Of a stretch of 64,000 nucleotides of DNA, positions 38,101 through 46,427 are shown piece by piece. Source of the DNA: a virus; IMG/VR virus record IMGVR_UViG_3300025168_000049, positions 1 to 64,000 of that record; one strand, given 5' to 3'. Below the pieces are notes generated by a model that ran no database searches, was not told where the DNA came from, and saw nothing but the letters and a program-made list of their open reading frames with translations. Position 1 is the stretch's first letter, and every line of letters begins with the position of its first letter. A program made the position numbers and the translations under genes.

Positions 38101-40279
38101 ATCACCTTGTGTAAATGATTTAAGTGGAACTATGCAAACTGGAATAGATTGTTGTTGTACAGATTGTATTTATGGATGTACTGATCCTACTGTTTCTAAT
38201 TATAATCCTTTAGCAACTTGTGACGATGGATCATGTTGTGTTGACGGATGTACAGATCCAACTCAATGTGTTTATGATCCAGCAGCAACTTGTGATAATG
38301 GTTCTTGCTCTCCTTGTACAACTGGATGTGCAGACGCAACAGCATTAAATTATGACCCATTAATAGCTACTAATGATCCTGATGCTTGTTTTTATTGTAA
38401 TCTTGCTACAGGACAATTAGACAACAGTTTTTCAGGAAGTCATCCAATTGTTAGTCCTGCATCTATAGTTTGGGGATCTGTTGAGACTAATACTACTATA
38501 CTCACAGGTACTTTTACAGGTGCTGCTGATGGTCAAATACAATTTTTAGGAACAGATAATATTGCTAATACCACAATGTCTACGAATGCTGCATATTTAG
38601 GGATGACATGGAAGTTAGAACTATATAAAACAAATGCATATTGTGACGCTTGGGATGCAGCCGGATCTGTTTTAACAGCTACACAAACAGGATTAACAAA
38701 TCCTGTACATACTTTTACTGGTCTAGGTTATGGATACTACACTGTAAAAGCAATGCTTGATGATGGTATTGGAGGAGTAGTTGGATGGGAAGAATGTTGG
38801 CAAACAGCATGTGGAACTGTAATGGGAGAAGTATGTTGTACATACAATGCTACAAACTTCTGCACTGTAAATTGTCCTCCTGTTTATCTGCAAAGTTGTA
38901 ACTCATCAAGTTGTATTGGTATACCTGGTTGTACTTGTGGCGGATGGGGAGGTGAAATTTGGCTTCCTACAGGTAGTCTATGCTCTAATATGGGAACATT
39001 ATGTTTTCAGATGGTATGCGGTGATTATATGTTCGACGTTGCATGGGCTGTAACAAACTCTGCTGGAACTGTAGTTGGATCTGCAACAGTTATTAATACT
39101 ACAGGATTCATTAATGAAACTCCGTGTATCTCTAATTTACCTGTAGATGTATATACTATTACTATAACTGAATTAAGTTCTCCTCAATATATTTGCCCTC
39201 CTGTTACTCTAACACTTTCTCCACCTGCAGTTATCTGTGATTGTACAGATGCTACAAATGCAGGTTATAATCCTAGTGCTACACATAATTGTGATGGTAC
39301 TAATTTAGGAACAACGTTAGCAGGATGGGACGATTGTTGTACTGGATGTGCAGATTTTGGGTGTACAGATCCAAATGCTTTAAATTATGATGCTTCTATA
39401 TTACCGGGATGTGAATGTTGTTGTACGTATGATATTCCTGGATGTATGGACCCTGACGCTCAGAACTATAATATAGGTGCTACTGTTCCATGTGATTTAA
39501 TTAACTATAGTACAGATTGTTGTGAGTATTGTCCAGTACCTACTTGGTCATGTCTTCCTAATCCTGCTACCGTTACAGATGATTGTGGATTAACAGGAAC
39601 ACCACCTTCAAGTGGATGGCTTGACTATGAAGGACATAATCCTAATAATGGCTCTGTTCCTGCAGGACCATCAGTAGCTATGGAAGCAGCAGGACTACAA
39701 GCAAGTGGAGCTGCGCTTTCTTATACCCATTTTGTTAATGCAGAAATGGCTGTTAATGGTATTGTTGTGACACATGGGATAGATGCAGACTTTACAAACT
39801 ATCCTGTACGAACTAATAAAACATGTCCACCAGGGTTAGAGGATACTTGTTGTAGTGAAATTGTTCCTGGGGTACATCCTGTGCCATTAATGATTATGAA
39901 AGTTCATTATATAACCCATACCTCATTAAGTGCTCAGTATACTACTTGGAGAACTTATATTGATGCAGCTATATTATTAGGAGGTTCTGCAGCACAAGCT
40001 GTTTTAATATCTAATGCAGCAGTAGCTCCTCCAGGGTTTGTTACAGATCCTACTAATGCTTATGGTACTCCAACTCATTACTTAGCTAATATGTCTGAAA
40101 GTGCATCAACTGCTTGGGGTAGCCCAGTATCTACACTACTTATAGGAGGTGGCTCCTCAATCAACGCTAATAGAACTAATTGGTCATCATGTTGTACAGG
40201 TCCATGTTCATGTATAGAAGATACATTTGGAACATATGGAAATATCTGGTCTTGTCAAGATGACCCTAATCATATTTAA
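32174..40279 (+). CDS. Giant Cys-rich fibre/adhesin-like protein (2701 aa)
   Basis: About 19 GC[TM]DPxAxNY[DN]PxA repeats; SprB-like segments; located in structural module. Confidence 0.7.
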   Translation: MAADLKILFETIITKANVTAPGDGDNQAQLTVSVSGCSTMRLVSIQDITSAVVLCETGENVIATAPTYGSHSNSDTDWGIIKYEDFMIGDCLNCAWSRTIRVNIQDPLGFYPDEFIDRQIWFAPAYYNYAAVNTTHADYNTSVTCGNLQLHNDLPYCPTGLQPTSCVSPFADGTWYGSNVDCRGSADCPAASTCDPTTVNNHFTFRYAKAVTDPFGAIAGLVTSKVVNVSNTYRVDTAIQESVLNDAFGSGTEEFETWTISGGESIYWWNSGLTNAAVTTAGAGGSATSFTWDDLLQTFHWHCYGNSANPCVSPPCVPSNALDIKREGDALVQYNLVISRYYNVSCNNTGSKCSNMLQWSEICDPDTPPNINVSLGPHQDLNNVTVTATTGIAAPVITNLTPICGPVNNPTLVYTGLPGTILEATGECSYTQTDFTPPCTMPCTFTPPTWGVANCGGGAITPATDIYAWYDMTSWTSLEVVSTFLTLTEYCFGPGGLQSNGWTGKLHNILGSTERFVNWATYPMDGTLNNAQPLPAGHYPVSIAANYGPASKILRVASWVVYHDPTSGNPQNNWYTQTTATNNSTATLLDIRMDAGGNLLPMSSWTYLDADQLDYAMVSGAPAPASAYLAPGFGWQGGSVIPLPGTLPSNGVGLNLIFLDEAASGTQPYQYANQTSARGPYFFNTVYNSTTTTTSWLAPKPAYMADYDLFVSLYEAFRAGGGQIYSFVYPSKASSNAALNQTAGFPNFCTAAIFSGNRDTDAKNNPAYTDAALNEGVGGVGTGLKDGHWEFGTVDAIHPNGNPVFQPPHQYVFEPEWTIGSAMWLAGNAVNPTDYPIIGIASTLGVHMANPMRRNVLWDAPNTTTVATTYGGSTGTRAWRPGEHDYGYGGLDNYQWDANVACAPFTLSTFDEDLTQYIENEFGSGGPCSGAHCITIEVTDDAGIPIPNYPITHNLDSAGVVPVGTTNALGIFQYSLGPGAIPTTSCVINSCMDIMINNAANGGSAPSGGTMGDCKQTRIQIFLAKSTFVVGANITAPCCPTIGCMDPLACNYDSSACVPCDSTPPDGTGASTVPGSLGECCIYTAGCTDPNANNYDATATNDCGCNILDTTPGSAYMVAGTPQSGQTNYGDTSCCLYSGCLDPSSVSYNPVSAHIGCNSTTGVPTLYPVPSIPGIVSVATSYPDCCPSTKMNCCNPKFILNGSSVNPPGMSGCDFSYIFDPSCQGLNTPGLTTVTNWDYTLEIWDPIGMWWLQVGATTNVVGNTFTPVEFQYACATVNSFGSVAVDDFTAGDGYYRVVLNVWFSDGTSCQEATDALWNTADNITFGTCGCTNPLATNYNAAATCPCNDAGVPNDCCLGVSGCTSYGCIDTAAGPNPDVNGLDSTLTACTYPCANGYAALNYDPAIAVGCPCDAAGTALGTAPGQCCTYCVYGCNDPSAANYNPLATCDAVKTCNAAGTGCCIWWHVWENCSTGEKISIGDTTVGPTMDVYDNNTAHANIEAAYGGSIPVGQAAKFDYVDPISGVITTKDCWQYNGQFSVFENYLNPGNITTHASFYVDTTIVGGSSGGDCSACASPCPLGQIEVELLMTDDNLSGSGLGWDGWEVTFTGQNTGAVYGPFTINSGSAGFQRLCMKEDCYTNTVVDTTSSSVGNTDLMQFEIVDTASGVSLTGPHGIGIVQFQLGSAYTCCIYGCMNSLNNFYDPSATCHCDDTDPQALLLGPACVGSQSGPDCCCEECVFGCTDPSAHNFDPLATCDCDISGTAQGNNECCCFDDGCPDNYTVHGYSNPTGACNYNPLACADCNANVGGSDTSCCHYPGCTDPSATNYDSSATCPCNGTTGIPGVDNDCCTYCVYGCMNPGAANYDPLATCPCDATNVGCTTSGVPTACSGPGVGWGQCCDIGIAGCMDGGLTGYTAALGFGSADDGITALNYNALATVDDGSCVYCTYGCTNSSFTNYDPSAGCACDDADPNSLILSPCVNDLSGTMQTGIDCCCTDCIYGCTDPTVSNYNPLATCDDGSCCVDGCTDPTQCVYDPAATCDNGSCSPCTTGCADATALNYDPLIATNDPDACFYCNLATGQLDNSFSGSHPIVSPASIVWGSVETNTTILTGTFTGAADGQIQFLGTDNIANTTMSTNAAYLGMTWKLELYKTNAYCDAWDAAGSVLTATQTGLTNPVHTFTGLGYGYYTVKAMLDDGIGGVVGWEECWQTACGTVMGEVCCTYNATNFCTVNCPPVYLQSCNSSSCIGIPGCTCGGWGGEIWLPTGSLCSNMGTLCFQMVCGDYMFDVAWAVTNSAGTVVGSATVINTTGFINETPCISNLPVDVYTITITELSSPQYICPPVTLTLSPPAVICDCTDATNAGYNPSATHNCDGTNLGTTLAGWDDCCTGCADFGCTDPNALNYDASILPGCECCCTYDIPGCMDPDAQNYNIGATVPCDLINYSTDCCEYCPVPTWSCLPNPATVTDDCGLTGTPPSSGWLDYEGHNPNNGSVPAGPSVAMEAAGLQASGAALSYTHFVNAEMAVNGIVVTHGIDADFTNYPVRTNKTCPPGLEDTCCSEIVPGVHPVPLMIMKVHYITHTSLSAQYTTWRTYIDAAILLGGSAAQAVLISNAAVAPPGFVTDPTNAYGTPTHYLANMSESASTAWGSPVSTLLIGGGSSINANRTNWSSCCTGPCSCIEDTFGTYGNIWSCQDDPNHI

Positions 40280-40289
40280 AAAATAAATT

Positions 40290-40601
40290 ATGGCAACAAC
40301 ACCTCAATATGTACAAGATATCATCCTACCTATGGTAAGAGAATGCATTATTAGAAAAGGAGGAAGTGTATTATTAAAACAACAAGTGGGATTACGAGAT
40401 ACCTGTTCAACTATGCATACTTGGACATTAATATTAATAGATTATTTACTGTCAAAAGAAGACTTATCTTGCATGTATTCATGTGCTTCAGAGAGTTATC
40501 TTACAAATAGTGATGAATATTTAAATAAATTTGTTAACTTTGCAAACAAATATTGTGAGGAATGTAAATCTACGGTAAAGACGCCGTATCCTCCAAATTA
40601 A
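40290..40601 (+). CDS. Hypothetical Cys-containing protein
   Basis: ORF track; AAATT-ATG start context. Confidence 0.6.
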   Translation: MATTPQYVQDIILPMVRECIIRKGGSVLLKQQVGLRDTCSTMHTWTLILIDYLLSKEDLSCMYSCASESYLTNSDEYLNKFVNFANKYCEECKSTVKTPYPPN

Positions 40602-40626
40602 ACCTAACCAATATAAAATTAAAAAA

Positions 40627-41043
40627 ATGACAACAATTACTGCAACAAAAGGAGAATTCGTAAATTTAGTAAACGGGCTATATTCTATACGAACTCTTAA
40701 GGGAAAAGAATTTGGATTTAAAGTTTTAAATAACTTAGAACTTCTTCAAACGTCTTTAAAAGACCTAGAAGATTTAGGACGTCCATCAGATGAATTTTTA
40801 AAAGTAGCGGAGCAAATGAATTCTATTGCTAATAGAAACTCTCCAGAAGGAGTAGCTGAAACTAAAGTTATAGAAGAAGAGAACAAGGAGCTAATTGATG
40901 TTCGTAAAGCACAGTTAGATGAAGTTAAGGTAGTTATGGAAGAAGAAACATCTATAGAATTAGAACTTATAGAAAAGGCTTTAGTTCCAGAAGAAATCTC
41001 TATAGAAGATTTAATGAATATTAAAAAAATAATACAAGACTAA
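40627..41043 (+). CDS. Hypothetical acidic helical protein
   Basis: ORF track. Confidence 0.65.
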   Translation: MTTITATKGEFVNLVNGLYSIRTLKGKEFGFKVLNNLELLQTSLKDLEDLGRPSDEFLKVAEQMNSIANRNSPEGVAETKVIEEENKELIDVRKAQLDEVKVVMEEETSIELELIEKALVPEEISIEDLMNIKKIIQD

Positions 41044-41045
41044 TT

Positions 41046-41534
41046 ATGGCAAAAGCAAGAAATACAGAGGAAATCCTCTTACAACAAACACGAGATAAAT
41101 CAGTAGAACTAAAAGGTGATGTTATATTAGATGATGCTAATATAGCAATTACTGCTGCACAAACTACAATCTCAGCTACTCAGAATACAACTTCAGCATC
41201 ACAAAATACAATCTCAGCAGCACAAAATACAACTTCAGCTACTAAGGCTACAGCTATAGCAGCGACTGCTGAAACATCGTTAGATAGATCTATTGGAAGA
41301 AAAGGATGTGAGATGCGGACATCAGCTTCAGATGCACTAGAAGAAATTGAGGCAGATACATATTACGCTATACAAATGATAAATGATACTACTTTTGACC
41401 TTTTAACTGGACTAAACTGTACTGGAACTTTTACAGGCATCGTATATCCAGCTGGCAGTGTTATTTATCTGAATGTATCTATGTTTAGTATATCTGTAGG
41501 AGGACCTGCAATATTATATAAAGCACAAGCATAG
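41046..41534 (+). CDS. Putative structural protein with 7-aa tandem repeat
   Basis: AQTTISA-TQNTTSA-SQNTISA-AQNTTSA. Confidence 0.6.
   Translation: MAKARNTEEILLQQTRDKSVELKGDVILDDANIAITAAQTTISATQNTTSASQNTISAAQNTTSATKATAIAATAETSLDRSIGRKGCEMRTSASDALEEIEADTYYAIQMINDTTFDLLTGLNCTGTFTGIVYPAGSVIYLNVSMFSISVGGPAILYKAQA
41157..41240 (+). repeat. 21-bp tandem repeat x4 (alternating, 42-bp period)
   Basis: gcacaaactacaatctcagct/actcagaatacaacttcagca/tcacaaaatacaatctcagca/gcacaaaatacaacttcagct. Confidence 0.85.
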
Positions 41535-42289
41535 TGGCATTTTCGGTGAACATATCTAATAGTCTAAATAAATACAAACGAGCATTTGCTCCAAGTAGAC
41601 TACCAGAGGTGTTTTTGTGGCTACATTTAAATGATTCTAGTCAATATGTTTTAGATTCAGGTACAATAGCAGAATGGAAAAATGCAGTAGATTCTGATAA
41701 TGACTACACTAATGGTAGTGTAACTAGATCTCCTACATTAGTAGGAGGTCCATTAACAGCTTTAAAAGATAAATCTTTATCTTTTGATGGAGGAGATTAT
41801 TTAGTAGGAGCTGTTCCAAAAGCTATTGGTGGCCCAACTGCAGGCACTTTTGCAATAGTTTATACAAACGCTAATTGGGCTGCGGCATCTGCTCAAGTAA
41901 TTATAGGAGATGATAATACAAACAATAGCTTTGTTCGTTCATCAAGTGCTACGAATTTTACTTTTAAAGCGTATGATGGAAGTACTACATCTTCTAAAGG
42001 CTTGGCTACTGATGTGACTTTAGTAAATGGTCAATTTTATGTTTTTATAGTAACAGTATCACTAATAGGAAACGTTAAAATGTATATTGATGGTGTTCTT
42101 CAAAGTAATAGTCCAACTTTTAATCCTGCAGAGTCTCAACTTATAATCCAAGAAATAGGAGCTAAGAATGGCCCTTCACAACCATTAACTGGGTCGGTTA
42201 AAGAAGTAGTAGCTACAACGGCAGTCTTAACAGACTCTGAAAGAATAAAATTAAATAGTTATCTAGGACACAGACACGGAATACTCTAA
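41534..42289 (+). CDS. LamG/concanavalin-A-like lectin domain protein
   Basis: LWL...D, FDG.DYL, MYIDG, IG......G.VKEV....L...E...L..YL pattern. Confidence 0.7.
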   Translation: MAFSVNISNSLNKYKRAFAPSRLPEVFLWLHLNDSSQYVLDSGTIAEWKNAVDSDNDYTNGSVTRSPTLVGGPLTALKDKSLSFDGGDYLVGAVPKAIGGPTAGTFAIVYTNANWAAASAQVIIGDDNTNNSFVRSSSATNFTFKAYDGSTTSSKGLATDVTLVNGQFYVFIVTVSLIGNVKMYIDGVLQSNSPTFNPAESQLIIQEIGAKNGPSQPLTGSVKEVVATTAVLTDSERIKLNSYLGHRHGIL

Positions 42290-42293
42290 AATT

Positions 42294-42605
42294 ATGGCAA
42301 CAACAAAACAAGAAATAGCACTAATGAAAAAGGATATAGAAACTTTGAGCGGAGATATAAAACAATTAAATAAAAAGATAGATACTTTAATGATTAAACT
42401 GCTCGACCCAGATGAAGGAATAGTAATTAGAGTTAATAAAAATACTGCTCGTTTAGATGAAAGAGATCAAAACATGGACAAGTGGTTAAAAGACATTGAA
42501 GATTTCCATCATATGAAAAAATGGAAATTAGGAGTTAATAAAGCATTATGGGTTGTATACGCAGCTATTATAGGATTCATAATTAGAGTATTATTTTGGG
42601 AATAA
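42294..42605 (+). CDS. Coiled-coil protein with C-terminal TM helix (lysis-associated?)
   Basis: Heptad N-terminus; ALWVVYAAIIGFIIRVLFW. Confidence 0.55.
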   Translation: MATTKQEIALMKKDIETLSGDIKQLNKKIDTLMIKLLDPDEGIVIRVNKNTARLDERDQNMDKWLKDIEDFHHMKKWKLGVNKALWVVYAAIIGFIIRVLFWE

Positions 42606-42694
42606 TAAAAAACATAGATCCTATTTGGAAGGTATTTTTATCTTACCTTTTAATGCTAGGATTGATAATATTAATAAATTAAAAAAACAAAGAT

Positions 42695-43105
42695 ATGGCA
42701 ATGACAATCGCACCTACATTAAAAATTACTAGTACTAGTGTATCAGTAAAAGAAACGTTTAGTTTAAATCTAACGGACATTTTAACAGTAGACACCCCTT
42801 TAACTAATATAACTAAAGTGGCAACAGTAGTATCTCCAGGAGTACAATTAATCGGACCAATAGGAGGAGCAGAAGCAACGCCTTCAACAAAAGTAATGCA
42901 TATGTATGTTTATAATACAGATACTACAGATAGTATATTTATTACTTACGATACAGCTGCTGCAACCCCAGACCCGGAGAGTGTAACTGTAATAGGCCCA
43001 GGAGAATTTTCTTTTTGGAATATTCCTATTGGAGTTAGCACAGTATTTGCTTTCTCTTCTGCTAATACGCCGGTTTTAGAATATGGTTTTTGGACTAAAG
43101 GATAA
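42695..43105 (+). CDS. Putative small beta-rich structural protein
   Basis: T/V/S-rich, YVYNTD, IGPGEF. Confidence 0.55.
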   Translation: MAMTIAPTLKITSTSVSVKETFSLNLTDILTVDTPLTNITKVATVVSPGVQLIGPIGGAEATPSTKVMHMYVYNTDTTDSIFITYDTAAATPDPESVTVIGPGEFSFWNIPIGVSTVFAFSSANTPVLEYGFWTKG

Positions 43106-43123
43106 ATTAAAAAAAAATAAATT

Positions 43124-43294
43124 ATGAATTGGATAAATAGTTGGAAAAGCGGTAATAAAAAATTAAAGTATAACATTCAGATAAGGTTAGGAAAAATAAC
43201 TTTATTAGAACTTAGTGCGTGTTTATTTTGTGAAGTAGGATGCACTTCAAAAAGAGTTAGATTTATAATTCTGAACGTTGGCTTTGAAGCATGA
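43124..43294 (+). CDS. Small hypothetical protein (56 aa, not in ORF track)
   Basis: MNWINSWKSGNKKLKYNIQIRLGKITLLEL...; AAATT-ATG start, 4-nt overlap with next gene. Confidence 0.6.
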   Translation: MNWINSWKSGNKKLKYNIQIRLGKITLLELSACLFCEVGCTSKRVRFIILNVGFEA

Positions 43295-43515
43295 TGAAAA
43301 ACTTTACATTAAATCTAGGAAATATAATTTGGATTATAGGTATAATATTTACTATGGGTATTGCTTATAGTCAAATAAACCAGCTTGGAGTTGATATAAC
43401 TGTTTTAGAAAAAAGACTTGAAAAAAAGATTAAGATTATTAATGAGAATGAAGATCGTATTGTAGAGTTAGAGAAAGATATAGCTCAATTAACTGGATGC
43501 AAACATATTAAATAA
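43291..43515 (+). CDS. N-terminal TM plus coiled-coil protein (spanin/holin-like)
   Basis: Hydrophobic helix then heptads, directly upstream of endolysin. Confidence 0.5.
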   Translation: MMKNFTLNLGNIIWIIGIIFTMGIAYSQINQLGVDITVLEKRLEKKIKIINENEDRIVELEKDIAQLTGCKHIK

Positions 43516-44129
43516 TGAAATACTGCAGAGAAGATATTCAGAAAGTGATGCTAGAAAAAGGTTATAAATACTTTACTGGCGATAATTATGATGTTAATAT
43601 TATAGGTATTAGAAATTCTGATACAGATGGTAAGGTTACAAATAAGTTTGATGATATAATGACTATATCTTATAAAGATGAGAATAGTAAATGGCAGTAT
43701 CATGAATTTAAGTGTACTACAGATCCAGGAGATGACTGGATGGACAATCCAATGTCTCCTAAAAAAGGGTGTGCAGTATTAAAACCAGGACAATATAGAG
43801 GAAGCCACAAGATAAGATTACACGGTGGAAAATATATTGCATTAGGACAAAAGAAACCTTTGACAGTCTACAGAGATAATAATAGAAATGACAAGTATGA
43901 GTTTGATGAGTCAACTTGTGATACAGGTGTATTTGGTATAAATATACACAGAGCAACTCCATACGCAGGTAAAGAGTCCACCAGAGTAAATAAGTGGAGT
44001 GCTGGATGTCAAGTAATAACAGCAAATGATGATTGGCATGCATTTTTAGATATATGCCAAACAGCTAGAGAAGTATGGGGAAATTCATTTTCTTACACCC
44101 TTTTAGAGAGTAAGGATATTATAATATAA
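43515..44129 (+). CDS. Putative endolysin, L,D-transpeptidase (YkuD)-like His/Cys peptidase
   Basis: GINIH...WSAGCQV motif; flanked by membrane proteins. Confidence 0.7.
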   Translation: MKYCREDIQKVMLEKGYKYFTGDNYDVNIIGIRNSDTDGKVTNKFDDIMTISYKDENSKWQYHEFKCTTDPGDDWMDNPMSPKKGCAVLKPGQYRGSHKIRLHGGKYIALGQKKPLTVYRDNNRNDKYEFDESTCDTGVFGINIHRATPYAGKESTRVNKWSAGCQVITANDDWHAFLDICQTAREVWGNSFSYTLLESKDIII

Positions 44130-44140
44130 AAAATAAAGTT

Positions 44141-44536
44141 ATGAATATATTAGGAAAAATATTTAGTGGCGGTGCAAAAGATCTTGTTGAAGGTGTAGGT
44201 GGAGTTATAGATGACTTACATACATCTGGCGAAGAGAAGCTTGCAGCAGAACAAAAAGTAAAAGAACTAATTGCTAACTATGAAATTGAGATGGAGAAAC
44301 AAGTTACATCTCGATGGGAAGCAGATATGAATTCTGATTCCTGGTTAAGTAAAAACGTTAGACCATTAGTTTTAATATTTTTAGTTGTATCTACAGTATT
44401 AATGATATTTATTGATGCTGGTACAATTAAATTTTTAGTTGAAGAAAAATGGACGGACTTATTACAGATAGTATTGATTACTGTAATAGGCGCTTATTTT
44501 GGAGGTAGGAGTTTAGAGAAGGTAAAAAAACAGTAA
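44141..44536 (+). CDS. Holin (GTA 3TM-type)
   Basis: RW.ADM.SDSWLSKNVRP, two TM helices, AYFGGRS.EK. Confidence 0.8.
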   Translation: MNILGKIFSGGAKDLVEGVGGVIDDLHTSGEEKLAAEQKVKELIANYEIEMEKQVTSRWEADMNSDSWLSKNVRPLVLIFLVVSTVLMIFIDAGTIKFLVEEKWTDLLQIVLITVIGAYFGGRSLEKVKKQ

Positions 44537-44552
44537 CCAATTAACTATATAT

Positions 44553-45686
44553 ATGACCAAAGACCAGATTAAGGCCTTTTTGAAAGACAGGCCTGGCTAC
44601 CTTAAAGAAGGTGCTGAACGTCTTTCTGAACGCTTAGACTGCAGTGTTGAAGCATGTGGACACGCACTAAGAGAAGGTAGGATAGAAGCAAAAGGAAATG
44701 ATTTTGATTTAGATAATATAAGTAAGTCTGAAATCAATGAGTTTAAAGAGTTCTTAGACAGTAACGGTATAGCAGAAGACGATGTAAAGTCTGTAAAGTT
44801 TTGGCAGACAATAAAAGGAGATAATAGATTTTCTGTAGTTACAAAAGGAGAGGATAATATAATGAAGGAGGCAAAAGAAGAAATGCTTAAGTCTCTTAAA
44901 GAGTATAGTCCTAAAGTTGAGAAGGAGTATGAGGCAGTAGTAGATCCAGTAGTGTATGAAGTTTCTTTACCAGATATTCATTATGGTAAAATAGACGGTC
45001 AGACATTAAATGAAGCAGAGGAGTCTTATATGAATACAGTTAAAGACCTTATGAATAAAGCGTCAGGTTTGAATATAGAGAGAATACTTTTACCTATAGG
45101 TAACGATGGTATGAACTCTGAGGGATATTCTAGAGCAACTACTAAAGGAACTCCTCAACACGATGGTGCAGAGTGGCAAGAAACATTTGTTGGATACTGT
45201 AATTTAATGGTACGAGCAATAAATTTTTTATCAGATACAGCGCCTGTAGATGTGGTTGTAATACAAGGTAACCACGACTATGAAAGAATGTTTTATTCAG
45301 GAGAGTTTTTAAGAGCTTTCTTTTTAGGACATGACGGAGTAGAAGTTGATAACAACTATAACTCTAGAAAGTATTATGAGTATGGAAAAAATATGATTAT
45401 GTTTACACATGGAGACAAAGAAAAACCTGCTGAGATGCCACTTATAATGGCAACAGAAGAGCCTATGATGTTTGCAAGGACTACAAACAGAGAAGTACAT
45501 TGTGGGCATAAGCATAAAGAAATGGTTAATGAGTACCGTGGAATAAAAGTAAGATTTATCCCGTCTATCTGCGGTAATGATGCATGGCACAAAATGATGG
45601 GATACGAAGCAAAAAGAACCGGACAAGCACATATATGGAGTAAATTAAGAGGGTATGAAGGATATTTACAAACTAATTTACAATAA
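44553..45686 (+). CDS. Calcineurin-like metallophosphoesterase
   Basis: DIHYG, GND, GNHD, HGD, GHKH motifs. Confidence 0.85.
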   Translation: MTKDQIKAFLKDRPGYLKEGAERLSERLDCSVEACGHALREGRIEAKGNDFDLDNISKSEINEFKEFLDSNGIAEDDVKSVKFWQTIKGDNRFSVVTKGEDNIMKEAKEEMLKSLKEYSPKVEKEYEAVVDPVVYEVSLPDIHYGKIDGQTLNEAEESYMNTVKDLMNKASGLNIERILLPIGNDGMNSEGYSRATTKGTPQHDGAEWQETFVGYCNLMVRAINFLSDTAPVDVVVIQGNHDYERMFYSGEFLRAFFLGHDGVEVDNNYNSRKYYEYGKNMIMFTHGDKEKPAEMPLIMATEEPMMFARTTNREVHCGHKHKEMVNEYRGIKVRFIPSICGNDAWHKMMGYEAKRTGQAHIWSKLRGYEGYLQTNLQ

Positions 45687-45691
45687 AAATA

Positions 45692-46399
45692 ATGACATTA
45701 AATGAAATAGCATACAACTTATTAAACCTAATTAGAGGAGGTAGATCTAATCACGATGAACATCTATCTTTAGATCAGATTAAGTTTAATATTAAGCATT
45801 ATCGAGCAATGTTCTTGCGTAGAGATTTTGCTAGAAATGGATTAACAACAAGACATGTAGAACAAGATTTAGGATGTTTAGAAGTAGCTCCTGTAGACGC
45901 TTCTAGGTGTTGTAACTTGCCTATAGGATGTACAATTTATAAAACAAAATTGGAAGTTCCTAAAACTGTTAGATTTAATTTCAGAGATGCTATTACATAT
46001 ATTGGTGATGTAACTGGTTTAGGAACTATTCCTATGGTGGAGCCACATATTGTGCAATGGTTACCATATGATAAATATACAAATAAAAAAATGAAAGCAT
46101 TTATGATAGATAATTTTATATATATACATAATGCTAAAGGTTTAGAGTACATAAATGTAAGAGGAGTCTTTGAAGACCCCGAAGATTTAAGGCTTTATAA
46201 TTGTGGTACTGACGTCTGTTATGACGATAGTGCTACAAATTTTCCAATACCTATGGATATGATTCAAGCAATCAATTCAGGTATTATATCTGGTGAATTA
46301 GGACTGCTTACTGGTTCATTTAGTGATTTAGAAAATGATAGGATGCAAGACGATAGAACTGTTAAAGGTATTGCACCTCAACAAAATAAGCAACAATAA
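45692..46399 (+). CDS. Tail ring protein (crAss-like)
   Basis: TLNEIAY, RA..L, VRGVFEDP, FPIP motifs; synteny. Confidence 0.6.
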   Translation: MTLNEIAYNLLNLIRGGRSNHDEHLSLDQIKFNIKHYRAMFLRRDFARNGLTTRHVEQDLGCLEVAPVDASRCCNLPIGCTIYKTKLEVPKTVRFNFRDAITYIGDVTGLGTIPMVEPHIVQWLPYDKYTNKKMKAFMIDNFIYIHNAKGLEYINVRGVFEDPEDLRLYNCGTDVCYDDSATNFPIPMDMIQAINSGIISGELGLLTGSFSDLENDRMQDDRTVKGIAPQQNKQQ

Positions 46400-46427
46400 T
46401 AATAATTAATTAAATAAATTTAAGACA

